Origin: Escherichia coli
GTDB lineage: Bacteria > Pseudomonadota > Gammaproteobacteria > Enterobacterales > Enterobacteriaceae
DNA: 64,000 bases
Direction: 5' to 3' (one strand)
NCBI RefSeq assembly: GCF_044324875.1
Contig: NZ_CP172185.1
Both the position numbers and the translations under genes were made by a program. Shown here piece by piece: positions 1 through 11,205 of this stretch (its first letter is position 1; each line of letters begins with the position of its first letter). The notes under the pieces are model-generated. The model did not search any database. It was not told where the DNA came from and was given only the letters and a program-made list of their open reading frames with translations.

Positions 1-1725
<1,725 letters not shown>

Positions 1726-1793
1726 GTCTGAATCCGGCCGACCCAAAATTTTCCCCCAAGCTTCTCCCGGTATCTTTTAAGAGTATTGATTAC

Positions 1794-3002
1794 ATGAACG
1801 ACACCGTTTTAAACGTAATCCCGGTGCCTGTACGCACTTGGGTGGCTATAGCAGCGCTCGGTATCAGTGCATTTTCGATTGTGACCAGCGAGCTTGCGCC
1901 TGTTGGCATGCTTAGTATGCTAGCAAAGGACCTGAACCAGACTGAATCGGACACGGACCTTGTCGTGACTGCATACGGCTGGGTTGGGGCTCTGGCAGCA
2001 CTTTTGTCTGGATTGATACCAGCGAGAATTTCACGTAAGTCTTTGTTAGTGACTCTTATGGTAGTGTTTGCTTTGTCTTGTGTGGCGGCGACACAGTCAT
2101 CACTCGATGACCCTATTTATGGGGGCGCGTATGACAGGCGCTTTAGCACATGGTGCTTTCTGGGCTTTGATTGGAGCAGTGGCTTCACAGCTTGTTCCGG
2201 CTGAAAAACTAGGACTGGCCACCTCAGTTATTTTTGGCGGCGTTTCGGCTGCCAGCGTTCTGGGTGTGCCACTGTCGAGTTTTATTGCGGATATGGCCGG
2301 GTGGCGGAGTGCGTTTACGGCGATTTCTCTGCTGTCACTTGCCGCCGCCTGTGCTCTATTCTGGACGCTCCCCACACTGACGGTGCCACAACCACTGAGG
2401 CTGCGTGTTTACTACGGGATATTCAAAAACCCGGTGCTCCTTTCCCTCTATGGTGCCACTGCCTGTATTATTTCGGCTCATTTTGCGGCATTCACTTACC
2501 TCCAACCACTACTGACGAAGACTCAGGAAGTACCGACGGCTTCGATTTCTGGCCTACTGCTGATGTCCGGGCTCTCCGGTCTGGCCGGAAATATCATTGC
2601 CGGAAAGCTGATCGACCGTCATATCAAAGGGCTGATTTTCGCTTCACTGCTCCTGAGCGCAGGTGCGCTCGGCATACTTGGTATGAGGAGCGCTGCACCA
2701 CTGCCTTTCTGGTTCACAGGCATACTGCTCGCAGTTTGGGGCGCGGGTATCGCCATTGTATTCGTTGGGTTGCAGACAGGTTGCTCCGTAGCGCCGGGGA
2801 TGCTGTACAACCGGCGTCAGCCATTTACGTTACAATTTTTAACGCAGCGATCGGCACCGGTGCGCTTGTGGGAGGCCAGGTATTAGCCGTAAAAGGTATT
2901 CAGGGTATGGCCTTACTTGCTGCGGGCATCATTGCATGCAGCATAGCTCTGGTCGCAATGCTGAAAAGCCCCGCGAATAAGCTCAGGCCTGAAAGGTCGT
3001 GA
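1794..3002 (+). pseudogene. MFS transporter (DHA1 / sugar-efflux-like) disrupted by two frameshifts
   Basis: Three consecutive overlapping ORFs in different frames (1722-2204, 2068-2886, 2301-3002) together give a continuous 12-TMS-like MFS protein. Frame switches fall near 2100-2200 and 2800-2880. Confidence 0.65.
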
Positions 3003-3370
3003 CGAATTCAAAAACGCATTAACCGACAGTAATTAAATGAGAGGGACGTGTCAGAAGAGGCTTCCCCTTATTTTATACGTCCAGTTCGGTAAAGAGTATT
3101 AGCCCACAGGACGAGGCTTATCCGAAACTACAACTCTGAAGGATTTAGTTAATCGCTTTAGAATTTCCAACTTCCGTTCCTCGCTCACAGCAGACCTTAA
3201 GATCTAGGAGGGAGTCCGCTCAGTGCCATGGGCGGACCTTAAGCTTCAGTAATTTGATTAGCACAATCCCTATGATAAATAGACTGGCCCCCTGAATCTC
3301 CAGACAACCAGTATCACTTAAATAAGTGATAGTCTTAATACTAGTTTTTAGACTAGTCATTGGAGAACAG

Positions 3371-3736
3371 ATGATTGATGTCTTAGGGCCGGAGAAACGC
3401 AGACGGCGTACCACACAGGAAAAGATCGCAATTGTTCAGCAGAGCTTTGAACCGGGGATGACGGTCTCCCTCGTTGCCCGGCAACATGGTGTAGCAGCCA
3501 GCCAGTTATTTCTCTGGCGTAAGCAATACCAGGAAGGAAGTCTTACTGCTGTCGCCGCCGGAGAACAGGTTGTTCCTGCCTCTGAACTTGCTGCCGCCAT
3601 GAAGCAGATTAAAGAACTCCAGCGCCTGCTCGGCAAGAAAACGATGGAAAATGAACTCCTCAAAGAAGCCGTTGAATATGGACGGGCAAAAAAGTGGATA
3701 GCGCACGCGCCCTTATTGCCCGGGGATGGGGAGTAA
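3371..3736 (+). CDS. insC: IS2 InsC (OrfA, HTH)
   Basis: Translation reads [56 protein letters not shown].... Confidence 0.85.
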
Positions 3737-4599
3737 GCTTAGTCAGCCGTTGTCTCCGGGTCTCACGTGCGCAACTGCATGCCATGGCCCGTCGGTCGAA
3801 GGACTGGCAGGATCGTCGGTGCAAGCGCAAGCCTGATGATACTGACGCGCTGGCCCGTATCCATACCGTTATCGGCGATCTGCCCACCTATGGTTATCGT
3901 CGGGTATGGGCACTGCTGCGCAGACAATCAGAAACTGACGACATGGCGGTGATCAATGCCAAACGCGTATACCGCATCATGCGTCAGAATGCGCTGCTGC
4001 TTGAGCGTAAACCGGAAATACCGCCATCGAAGCGGGCGCATACAGGGAAAGTGGCCGTTGGAGAAAGTAACCAGCGGTGGTGCTCTGACGGCTTCGAGTT
4101 CAGCTGTGATAACGGTGAAAAACTGCGGGTCACGTTCGCTCTGGACTGTTGCGATCGCGAGGCACTTTACTGGGCGGCCAGTAACGGTGGATATGACAGT
4201 GAAACCGTGCAGGACGTCATGCTGGGTGCCGTGGAGCGTCGTTTCGGTAACAGCCTGCCGACATCCCCAGTTGAGTGGCTGACAGACAACGGTTCAGCCT
4301 ACCGTTCTTATCAGACGCGTCAGTTCGCCAGAATGGTAGGACTGGAGCCTAAACATACGGCGGTACGTAGCCCGGAAAGCAACGGGATGGCAGAGAGCTT
4401 CGTGAAAACGATGAAGCGCGATTACATCAGCATCATGCCGAAACCCGACGGGTTAACAGCGGTAAAGAACCTTGCGGAGGCCTTCGAACATTACAACGAA
4501 TGGCATCCGCATAGTGCACTGGGGTATCGTTCGCCACGGGAATATCTGCGGCGGCGAACCAGTAATGGGTTAAGTGATAAAAAGTGTATGGAAATATAG
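3694..4599 (+). CDS. insD: IS2 InsD (OrfB, DDE integrase core); expressed as InsCD by a -1 frameshift
   Basis: 301-aa ORF with the retroviral-integrase-like core ...[11 protein letters not shown]...[12 protein letters not shown]. It overlaps insC in the -1 frame. Confidence 0.85.
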
Positions 4600-4613
4600 G
4601 GGCCAATCCAATT

Positions 4614-4967
4614 GCACTGTTTCGAGGCTATCCGGCGACGATAAGAACTGACCAGGGGCCGGAGTTCACTTGCCGTGCACTGGATCAATGGGCCTTTGAG
4701 CATGGTGTTGAGTTGCGCTTAATCCAGCCGGGCAAGCCAACGCAGAACGGATTTATTGAGAGCTTTAACGGACGATTTCGCGATGAATGTTTGAATGAGC
4801 TCTGGTTCAGCGATATCGTTCATGCCAGGAAAATTATTAATGACTGGCGGCAGGATTATAACGAATGCCGCCCGCACTCCACGCTGAATTATCAGACACT
4901 GTCTGAATTTGCAGCGGGCTGGAGAAAGGGTCATTCTGAGAATGAAGATTCCGACGTTACTAACTGA
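4614..4967 (+). pseudogene. C-terminal remnant of an IS3-family (IS407-group) OrfB transposase, cut by IS2
   Basis: Begins immediately after the IS2 end and reads ...[54 protein letters not shown]...[10 protein letters not shown]. This is the DDE-core tail typical of the IS407 subgroup. No upstream half is present. Confidence 0.7.
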
Positions 4968-4979
4968 GTGTTGTATCTA

Positions 4980-5646
4980 ATCGTGGGGGCAGGTCACAGC
5001 TATACGGACACGGTCAAATAGAGCACTTGCTATAACTGATCTTAAACATCCTAAATTTGATGTTAGAGTTCAGATACATAGTTCTGCCGCAAGGTATGCA
5101 GATAAGTTAGCTGCTGAAATAGTTTCAGCATATTATGATAACTCTGAGCTGGCATATGAAAGCGATTCTCCGTTTCAATTTGGTGTTATTCGAGTTCCTC
5201 GTAACGCTACTCACTTTGAGCATTCATTATATGAAAAGTACTCAGGACTTAATAAGTTCGAGGCTCCTTTTGCTGAGGCTTTAGATAGGTCTGGTTACCC
5301 TTGGCACAGAAACCTGAGCAGTGGCGGTTTTCATATCCCACTATTGACAGAGGGTGATACAAGCTCATTTTATCCAGACTTTTTAGTATGGAAGTCAGAC
5401 CTTGTCTATTGCCTTGATACCAAGGGGGGCCATCTATTGACTGCTGCCGTAGCGCGCAAGCTTTTTAATATTCATGAAGATGGTCGGAGTAAGATTCTAG
5501 TGAGATTTATCACAGAAGGAAAGCAGACAGAGCTGCGCGGCAAAGCAACAAAGGGAGGATATACTGTATGGAAAATGAAATCTGGGCATCCTACCCCAAT
5601 TTATGTGGCGGATTTAGACAAAGCTGTTAGGGAATGTCTAAAATAG
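4980..5646 (+). pseudogene. C-terminal fragment of a restriction-endonuclease-like (type III Res-like helicase-nuclease) protein
   Basis: Low-GC open frame without a start codon. It ends ...SSFYPDFLVWKSDLVYCLDTKGGHLLTAA..., a PD...(D/E)XK nuclease motif (PDF...DTK) of the kind found at the C-terminus of type III Res and related defence helicases. Confidence 0.45.
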
Positions 5647-5792
5647 CGAAGCCATAGCATAGAATTTTTAATGGCATTATGATCAGGACATAAAGGACTT
5701 CATGCAGGGAAAAAATATCCCAAAAGAAACTGGTCATGTCAGCACACCAAAGGATCCTCGCCGGATCCTTTGGTTTTTCTCAGCCACAATCG

Positions 5793-5830
5793 CTTAACGT
5801 GAGTTTTCGTTCCACTGAGCGTCAGACCCC
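5793..5830 (-). repeat. Solitary Tn3-type 38-bp terminal inverted repeat
   Basis: cttaacgtgagttttcgttccactgagcgtcagacccc is the reverse complement of the Tn3 IR GGGGTCTGACGCTCAGTGGAACGAAAACTCACGTTAAG. The outer (GGGG) end is at 5830. The ~30 bp on the inner side resemble the IR-proximal sequence of Tn3. Confidence 0.75.
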
Positions 5831-5905
5831 TATAAACACCTTAGTGAAGTCATCCTCGCAGGTAAGGCAACACATCCGTAAGGTATTTGGCCAAATCAAA
5901 TACAA

Positions 5906-6901
5906 CTAGATTGACTCGCGGGGAAGCCAGGGACTCTCAACTATCACTTTATCCCGGTGGGTGTCACCATTGATAATGTGCAGTGTACTTAAGCGCCCAA
6001 TTTCATAATGCGGTAGCTGGACCGTGGATAATGGGGGTAAAAATAAGTTTCCAATGCCTACAAGATTGTCATAGCCAAGAACGGCAATATCCTGTGGGAT
6101 TCTGATACCCTGCGTTAACAATGTTTGATACACCATAAATGCAATACGATCGTTACCACAGATGACCGAATCAAATCGCGGTTTCCCCTGTTCGATATGC
6201 GCCAGCAACATCTCCGGAATATCTCGGTAGTGCTCATCGCCGAATTGCATATAGCAGTGCTCAAGCGTATCAGGATCGATACTGGCTTCCCTGCAGGCGC
6301 GATCAAGCCCACGACGACGACGACGCGTCGCCAGATGGTTGACGGGTAAATGCAGGCATAGAGGGCGGCTGTATCCTGCTGCCAGCAGTGCCTGTACGGC
6401 CGTATACTGGCCATGTTCATCGTCAGGTATATAGCTGGCAACCGGCTCTCCCTTGTTCTCGCAGTTGGCCAGAACGCAAGGAAGCTCCAGTAACCGGGGA
6501 GGAATACTGACTTCACGCAGCCCCATGGTAGTAAAAATGATCCCCCCGGGTCGATGGGCGAGCAGCAGGTCGACAATATCGTCAGGATTATCATCGGTAA
6601 ACATATTCACCACAAAGCTGTTCCAGCCATACGCCCGCGCGGTTTCTTCAATAGACAGCGTGATTTCTACTGAAAAAGGAGTGGTGACCGTATCCAGCGC
6701 AAGCACACCAATCGTTTTGTTCCGGGTGCCAACACGACGAATCTGCTGGGCAGAAAGGTCTGGCACATAATTTAACTGCGTGATCGCCTCCTGCACCCGA
6801 GCCAGAGTCTCAGGCTTTACGCGTTTCGGGTCATTCAGCACCCGTGAAACCGTCATGAGCGATACATTGGCCAGTTTGGCCACATCCTTTAAAGACGCCA
6901 T
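5906..6901 (-). CDS. fosR: LacI/GalR-family repressor, divergent from the fos operon
   Basis: 331 aa. N-terminal HTH reads MASLKDVAKLANVSLMTVSRVLN, followed by a periplasmic-binding-protein-like sugar-binding domain. It lies divergent to the transporter gene. Confidence 0.85.
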   Translation of the reverse strand: MASLKDVAKLANVSLMTVSRVLNDPKRVKPETLARVQEAITQLNYVPDLSAQQIRRVGTRNKTIGVLALDTVTTPFSVEITLSIEETARAYGWNSFVVNMFTDDNPDDIVDLLLAHRPGGIIFTTMGLREVSIPPRLLELPCVLANCENKGEPVASYIPDDEHGQYTAVQALLAAGYSRPLCLHLPVNHLATRRRRRGLDRACREASIDPDTLEHCYMQFGDEHYRDIPEMLLAHIEQGKPRFDSVICGNDRIAFMVYQTLLTQGIRIPQDIAVLGYDNLVGIGNLFLPPLSTVQLPHYEIGRLSTLHIINGDTHRDKVIVESPWLPRESI

Positions 6902-7031
6902 AGTTTTCCATTATCTGAATGCATACACCCGGTAAGGTGTTGTGAGCAAATGCGAATGCCCTATTCTAGGCACGGACACCCAGGGTTATGCAGACCACTC
7001 TGATAAATTTGAGCTAGATCTCAACATTTCA

Positions 7032-7044
7032 ATGTTAACGTTAA
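7032..7044. promoter_or_regulatory. Candidate LacI-family operator palindrome in the fosR-fosT intergenic region
   Basis: tgttaacgttaac is a near-perfect palindrome with a central CG, ~100 bp upstream of fosT. Confidence 0.35.
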
Positions 7045-7141
7045 CTTTTGTGATTAACATCGACAAACAAATCAAAATCGAGTGTCCCCCCAAAATGATA
7101 ACGTTACCATATTAGCATATCCTTCTTACGAGATTACGTAG

Positions 7142-8380
7142 ATGAAAAAACGGCCTACTCGAAGTTACATGCTGCTCAGCGCTCTGCTGTTCTTTTTCTT
7201 TGTGACCTGGTCCTCATCAAGTTCACTGCTCTCAATCTGGCTTCACCAGGAAGTGGGGCTAAAAGCATCGGAAACCGGCATTATTTTTTCAGTATTATCC
7301 GTCTCCGCGCTCTTCGCGCAGGTCTGTTATGGCTTTATTCAGGACCGACTTGGTCTGCGCAAACATTTGTTATGGTTTATCACCGCGTTGTTGATCCTCT
7401 CCGGCCCGGCTTATCTGCTTTTTAGTTATTTGCTGAGCGTTAATATTCTGCTGGGCAGCGTATTCGGGGGCTTATTTATCGGGCTGACGTTTAATGGGGG
7501 TATCGGCGTTCTGGAGTCCTATACCGAGCGCGTCGCGCGTCAAAGTACCTTTGAGTTTGGGCGGGCACGCATGTGGGGGTCTCTGGGCTGGGCAGTTGCC
7601 ACGTTTTTTGCCGGGTTACTGTTTAATATCAACCCTGACCTTAACTTCCTGGTGGCTTCATGCTCAGGGTTAATCTTCTTCTGCCTCCTGGCCCGATTAA
7701 AGGTGGCCGCGCCGGCAAGCATGGAGAAACTCGAAATTGGCGCTAAAAAAGTTTCTCTGGAAGACGCCCTGCGTCTGCTTACTCTGCCGCGCTTCTGGGC
7801 ACTGATATTCTTCGTGGTCGGAACCTGCATTTACGGCGTATACGATCAGCAATTCCCGGTCTATTTCTCATCACAGTTCCCGACATTACGCGAAGGGAAC
7901 GAGATGTTTGGCTATTTAAACTCTTTCCAGGTCTTTCTCGAGGCCGCAGGTATGTTTTGTGCGCCGTGGCTGGTTAATCGCATTGGTGCTAAAAATGGTC
8001 TGATATTCGCAGGAATGGTGATGGCGCTGCGCATGATTACTTCAGGGCTGGTGGAAGGCCCCCTGCTTATCTCCATTACCAAACTGCTTCACGCGGTCGA
8101 ACTGCCAATATTGTTAGTCGCCATATTTAAATACAACAGTCTGAATTTCGACAAACGTCTCTCCTCCACCATTTATCTGGTGGGATTTGCCTGCACCAGC
8201 TCCGTCATTGGTACCGTATTGTCCCCGCTGGCAGGCTTTAGCTATGAGAGATTTGGCTTCGCCCAATCCTATCTGATCATGGGCATCATGGTGTTCAGCA
8301 CCACGTTTATTTCCATTTTCCTTTTGCGCTCAACTAAATCCTCATCTGAGCCATCTTTTCTGCAGCAAAAAGCTGTGTAA
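7142..8380 (+). CDS. fosT: Oligosaccharide:H+ symporter (LacY/RafB/CscB-like MFS)
   Basis: 412 aa with 12 predicted TMS; OHS-family features throughout the sequence. Confidence 0.85.
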   Translation: MKKRPTRSYMLLSALLFFFFVTWSSSSSLLSIWLHQEVGLKASETGIIFSVLSVSALFAQVCYGFIQDRLGLRKHLLWFITALLILSGPAYLLFSYLLSVNILLGSVFGGLFIGLTFNGGIGVLESYTERVARQSTFEFGRARMWGSLGWAVATFFAGLLFNINPDLNFLVASCSGLIFFCLLARLKVAAPASMEKLEIGAKKVSLEDALRLLTLPRFWALIFFVVGTCIYGVYDQQFPVYFSSQFPTLREGNEMFGYLNSFQVFLEAAGMFCAPWLVNRIGAKNGLIFAGMVMALRMITSGLVEGPLLISITKLLHAVELPILLVAIFKYNSLNFDKRLSSTIYLVGFACTSSVIGTVLSPLAGFSYERFGFAQSYLIMGIMVFSTTFISIFLLRSTKSSSEPSFLQQKAV

Positions 8381-8399
8381 TGTACTGAGAATAAAGACG

Positions 8400-9833
8400 A
8401 TGACATCCTTATTAGAACAGGCTGAACAGGTGCTTGAAAAAGCACAATCCGGGATTAATCCGCGCTGGTATCCGCGCTATCACCTCGCCCCTCGCGCAGG
8501 CTGGATGAATGATCCTAATGGCCTGGTATGGTTTGACGGCTGGTATCACGCCTTTTATCAACACCATCCCTACTCCCCGAAATGGGGTCCGATGCACTGG
8601 GGGCACGCCCGAAGCAAAGATCTGGTGCATTGGGAACATTTGCCCGTCGCGCTAGCGCCGGAAGGCCCGGCGGACAAAGACGGCTGTTTCTCAGGTTCCG
8701 CCGTGGTGGACGGCGATACGCTGGCGCTCATCTATACCGGACATAAATTTCACGGCCCGTCGGACACTGACGACAACCTCTACCAGGTGCAGTGTCTGGC
8801 GACCAGTCGTGACGGCATCCATTTTGAACGGCACGGCAAGGTGATTGATACACCGCCCGGACTGCATCACTTTCGCGATCCGAAGGTGTGGCGCGAAGGT
8901 GAGTTCTGGTACATGGTTGTCGGTTCCCGCGTGGAAAATACCGGTCAGGTGCGCCTGTACCGTTCCACCGATCTCCGCGAATGGCATGACGAAGGTATTT
9001 TCGCCGAGGCTGATGAAGGCAAGGGCTTTATGTGGGAATGCCCGGATTTCTTCCCCCTGGGAGAGAAGCGTGTCCTGATGTTCTCGCCGCAGGGCATGGC
9101 GGCGGAAGGGTATCACTATCGCAACCTGTTCCAGAGCGGTTATTTACTTGGGGACTGGCAGCCAGGTCAACCGTTCACCCACAGCGGACAATTTACTGAG
9201 CTGGACCACGGCCACGACTTTTATGCCCCGCAGAGTTTCCTGACCCCGGATGGCCGACGCATTGTCATCGGGTGGCTGGATATGTGGGAATCATCGATGC
9301 CCGAACAGCAGGATGGCTGGGCCGGAATGCTCTCGCTTCCTCGCGAATTAAGCCTTGTCGATGGTCGTGTGAGAATGAAACCTGCTGCCGAAGTGACCGC
9401 GCTGCGTGGCAGCTATTATCCCACGCCCGTCCGCTGTCTGAACAATCAGAACGTCCTTGTCGCGGCAAATGCCGACGCGGTCGAAGTTCAGTTGGCATGG
9501 GATTTGAGCGCATCGACGGCTGAACAGTTTGGTATCGCGTTGGGCGACGGGTTGAGAATTTACGTCGATGATCAGGCTGGGCGTCTGGTGGTGGAGCGCC
9601 GCTATCCGGAATATTCGCTGGAAGGCACTCGCAGTATTCCGCTTCCAGCAGACAGCGTTCTGTCACTGCGAATTTTTATTGACCGCTCATCGGTGGAAGT
9701 TTTTGTTAACGATGGTGACGCTTGCTTAAGCAGTCGTATTTATCCGCAGCCGGGCGAGCGTGATATTTCATTGTTTGCAAATCTGGGGAAGGCCTCATTA
9801 TACGATGCGGGATACTGGTCTTTAGATAAATAA
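8400..9833 (+). CDS. fosGH2: GH32 beta-fructofuranosidase, cytoplasmic (sucrose-6-P hydrolase / invertase-like)
   Basis: 477 aa. Carries the GH32 N-terminal WMNDPNGL motif, the RDP motif (HFRDPKV) and EC motif (WECPDF). No signal peptide. Confidence 0.85.
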   Translation: MTSLLEQAEQVLEKAQSGINPRWYPRYHLAPRAGWMNDPNGLVWFDGWYHAFYQHHPYSPKWGPMHWGHARSKDLVHWEHLPVALAPEGPADKDGCFSGSAVVDGDTLALIYTGHKFHGPSDTDDNLYQVQCLATSRDGIHFERHGKVIDTPPGLHHFRDPKVWREGEFWYMVVGSRVENTGQVRLYRSTDLREWHDEGIFAEADEGKGFMWECPDFFPLGEKRVLMFSPQGMAAEGYHYRNLFQSGYLLGDWQPGQPFTHSGQFTELDHGHDFYAPQSFLTPDGRRIVIGWLDMWESSMPEQQDGWAGMLSLPRELSLVDGRVRMKPAAEVTALRGSYYPTPVRCLNNQNVLVAANADAVEVQLAWDLSASTAEQFGIALGDGLRIYVDDQAGRLVVERRYPEYSLEGTRSIPLPADSVLSLRIFIDRSSVEVFVNDGDACLSSRIYPQPGERDISLFANLGKASLYDAGYWSLDK

Positions 9834-9997
9834 TTCTCCGTTCCGACCTGTTTCTTGCAGGGTGAGTTTTTATTTCTGCCAGTCTCTGGCTGGCATGTTA
9901 TTGTCTGGAATAATGAGAGAGCAAAATGGATGAAAGCGTAATACCTCAAAATTGCATTACCTCGAAAGATAAAAATATATTTGTTCCAGGAAAACAG

Positions 9998-11191
9998 ATG
10001 CTGGCATTAATGGTGACATTAGCAGCATTTCCTGCCATTGCTGAAGACGTTACAGGAAACTATCAAAGCTATTTTCAGGATGAATCAGACACCAACGGTA
10101 CGAGTGTTTCATTAGCCAATCAAGGCAATGAAAAATCATCCCTTAGCGCTTCATCTTCTCCGGTTGCTGCAGGTCAAAAACCTGAACTCACGACCTCGTC
10201 AAAGCCAGTGACGTTATCGGCACCAATGGAGAATAAGAAAACTGCAGTAGAAAAACGTCCTAAAGGGGATAACCCTAAAGATGTCAGTCTGTTGCGTTTA
10301 AGGCAGGAAGATCCGCCGGTTCACTGGAACAGTATTGGTCGTAACATGGAAGTGGGTAGCTTGCATGGGAACATTGGATCTCAGATAGAAATTGACGATG
10401 TTCGCTGGAGCAATAATAAGAAAAACAGCGGCAAGTTTAAACTCGCCACCATTCAGGCTTTTTTAAGGCACGATGAATTGCCTAACTGGTATTTCGGTTT
10501 CTGGAATGCCAGAGAAGACAGTTATAAAGGACAGTTCAGTAATCAGGACTATAAAGGCACCAATACCATCAATGAATTTTTTGTGGGCCATATTTTCGAA
10601 ACCTGGCGGGGTAATATCGGTACGGAAGTCATGGTCGGCTCCGAAACGGCAACTAAACGCTGGAAAAACCGGTTCAAAGTCTGGCAGGACCTGCGACTGT
10701 CCAACAAATGGAGCCTGGCCGGATACGCGTATGGCGAGTATCAGCCTCAGGGGAACGAACCGGGGAATGGCGATCTGGAGCAGTACATTTTCGAAATTGA
10801 GCCAGCCATTCAATACCGCGTGAATCCGGATCTCGGACTCTATTTGCGGCCCTATTATTACCATAACCGCCAGGAGCGTCAGAGCTGGGGCGACATTGTA
10901 GAAGAAGAATGGAAAGTCACGGCCGGGCTCTGGCGAAACTGGTATCCATTATTAACCTCCCTGTATGTTGGATTTGGCCAGGACAAAATAGATAACGCCA
11001 GCAATGCCAGCGAAGTTTTCTATGACGGCCGTTATAAGTTTATCGGTGGAACGCTGAGTTATCCGGTATTTGGTGAGGTGCGATTATATGGTGAATTCAA
11101 GGCACAATTTACGAAAGAAACCGGACTTTGGACATCAACCGGTCACTCATGGAATCCGTTTACCGTGGTTGGCGTGAATTATAACTTCTGA
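9998..11191 (+). CDS. fosX: Putative outer-membrane beta-barrel protein (candidate oligosaccharide porin); ORF may start at 9926
   Basis: Signal peptide MLALMVTLAAFPAIA begins at 9998. The protein is rich in aromatic/Gly residues and ends ...VGVNYNF with a C-terminal Phe. It is a paralogue of the ORF at 12712-13725 (shared WRNW and NYNF/DYNF motifs). Confidence 0.6.
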   Translation: MLALMVTLAAFPAIAEDVTGNYQSYFQDESDTNGTSVSLANQGNEKSSLSASSSPVAAGQKPELTTSSKPVTLSAPMENKKTAVEKRPKGDNPKDVSLLRLRQEDPPVHWNSIGRNMEVGSLHGNIGSQIEIDDVRWSNNKKNSGKFKLATIQAFLRHDELPNWYFGFWNAREDSYKGQFSNQDYKGTNTINEFFVGHIFETWRGNIGTEVMVGSETATKRWKNRFKVWQDLRLSNKWSLAGYAYGEYQPQGNEPGNGDLEQYIFEIEPAIQYRVNPDLGLYLRPYYYHNRQERQSWGDIVEEEWKVTAGLWRNWYPLLTSLYVGFGQDKIDNASNASEVFYDGRYKFIGGTLSYPVFGEVRLYGEFKAQFTKETGLWTSTGHSWNPFTVVGVNYNF

Positions 11192-11205
11192 TATTCAGGT
11201 GTAGC

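Larger units (their letters stand above)
3280..4610 (+). mobile_element. IS2 (IS3 family), complete, 1331 bp
   Basis: Left end tagactggccccctgaatctcc and right end ggaaatataggggccaatcca match the IS2 termini as recalled. It contains insC and insD. The flanking 5-bp sequences differ (ataaa versus attgc), so there is no target duplication. Confidence 0.85.

Noticed and set aside
3220-3414. 64-aa minus-strand ORF spanning the IS2 left terminus
   Set aside because: It crosses the IS2/flank junction and the IS2 IR; it cannot be an ancestral gene.
5792-5830. Sequence identical to part of pBR322/pUC vectors, raising the question of cloning-vector contamination
   Set aside because: The matching segment is just the 38-bp Tn3 terminal repeat that those vectors inherited with bla. 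No bla, ori or other vector sequence is present on either side. It is therefore interpreted as a natural Tn3-family IR remnant.
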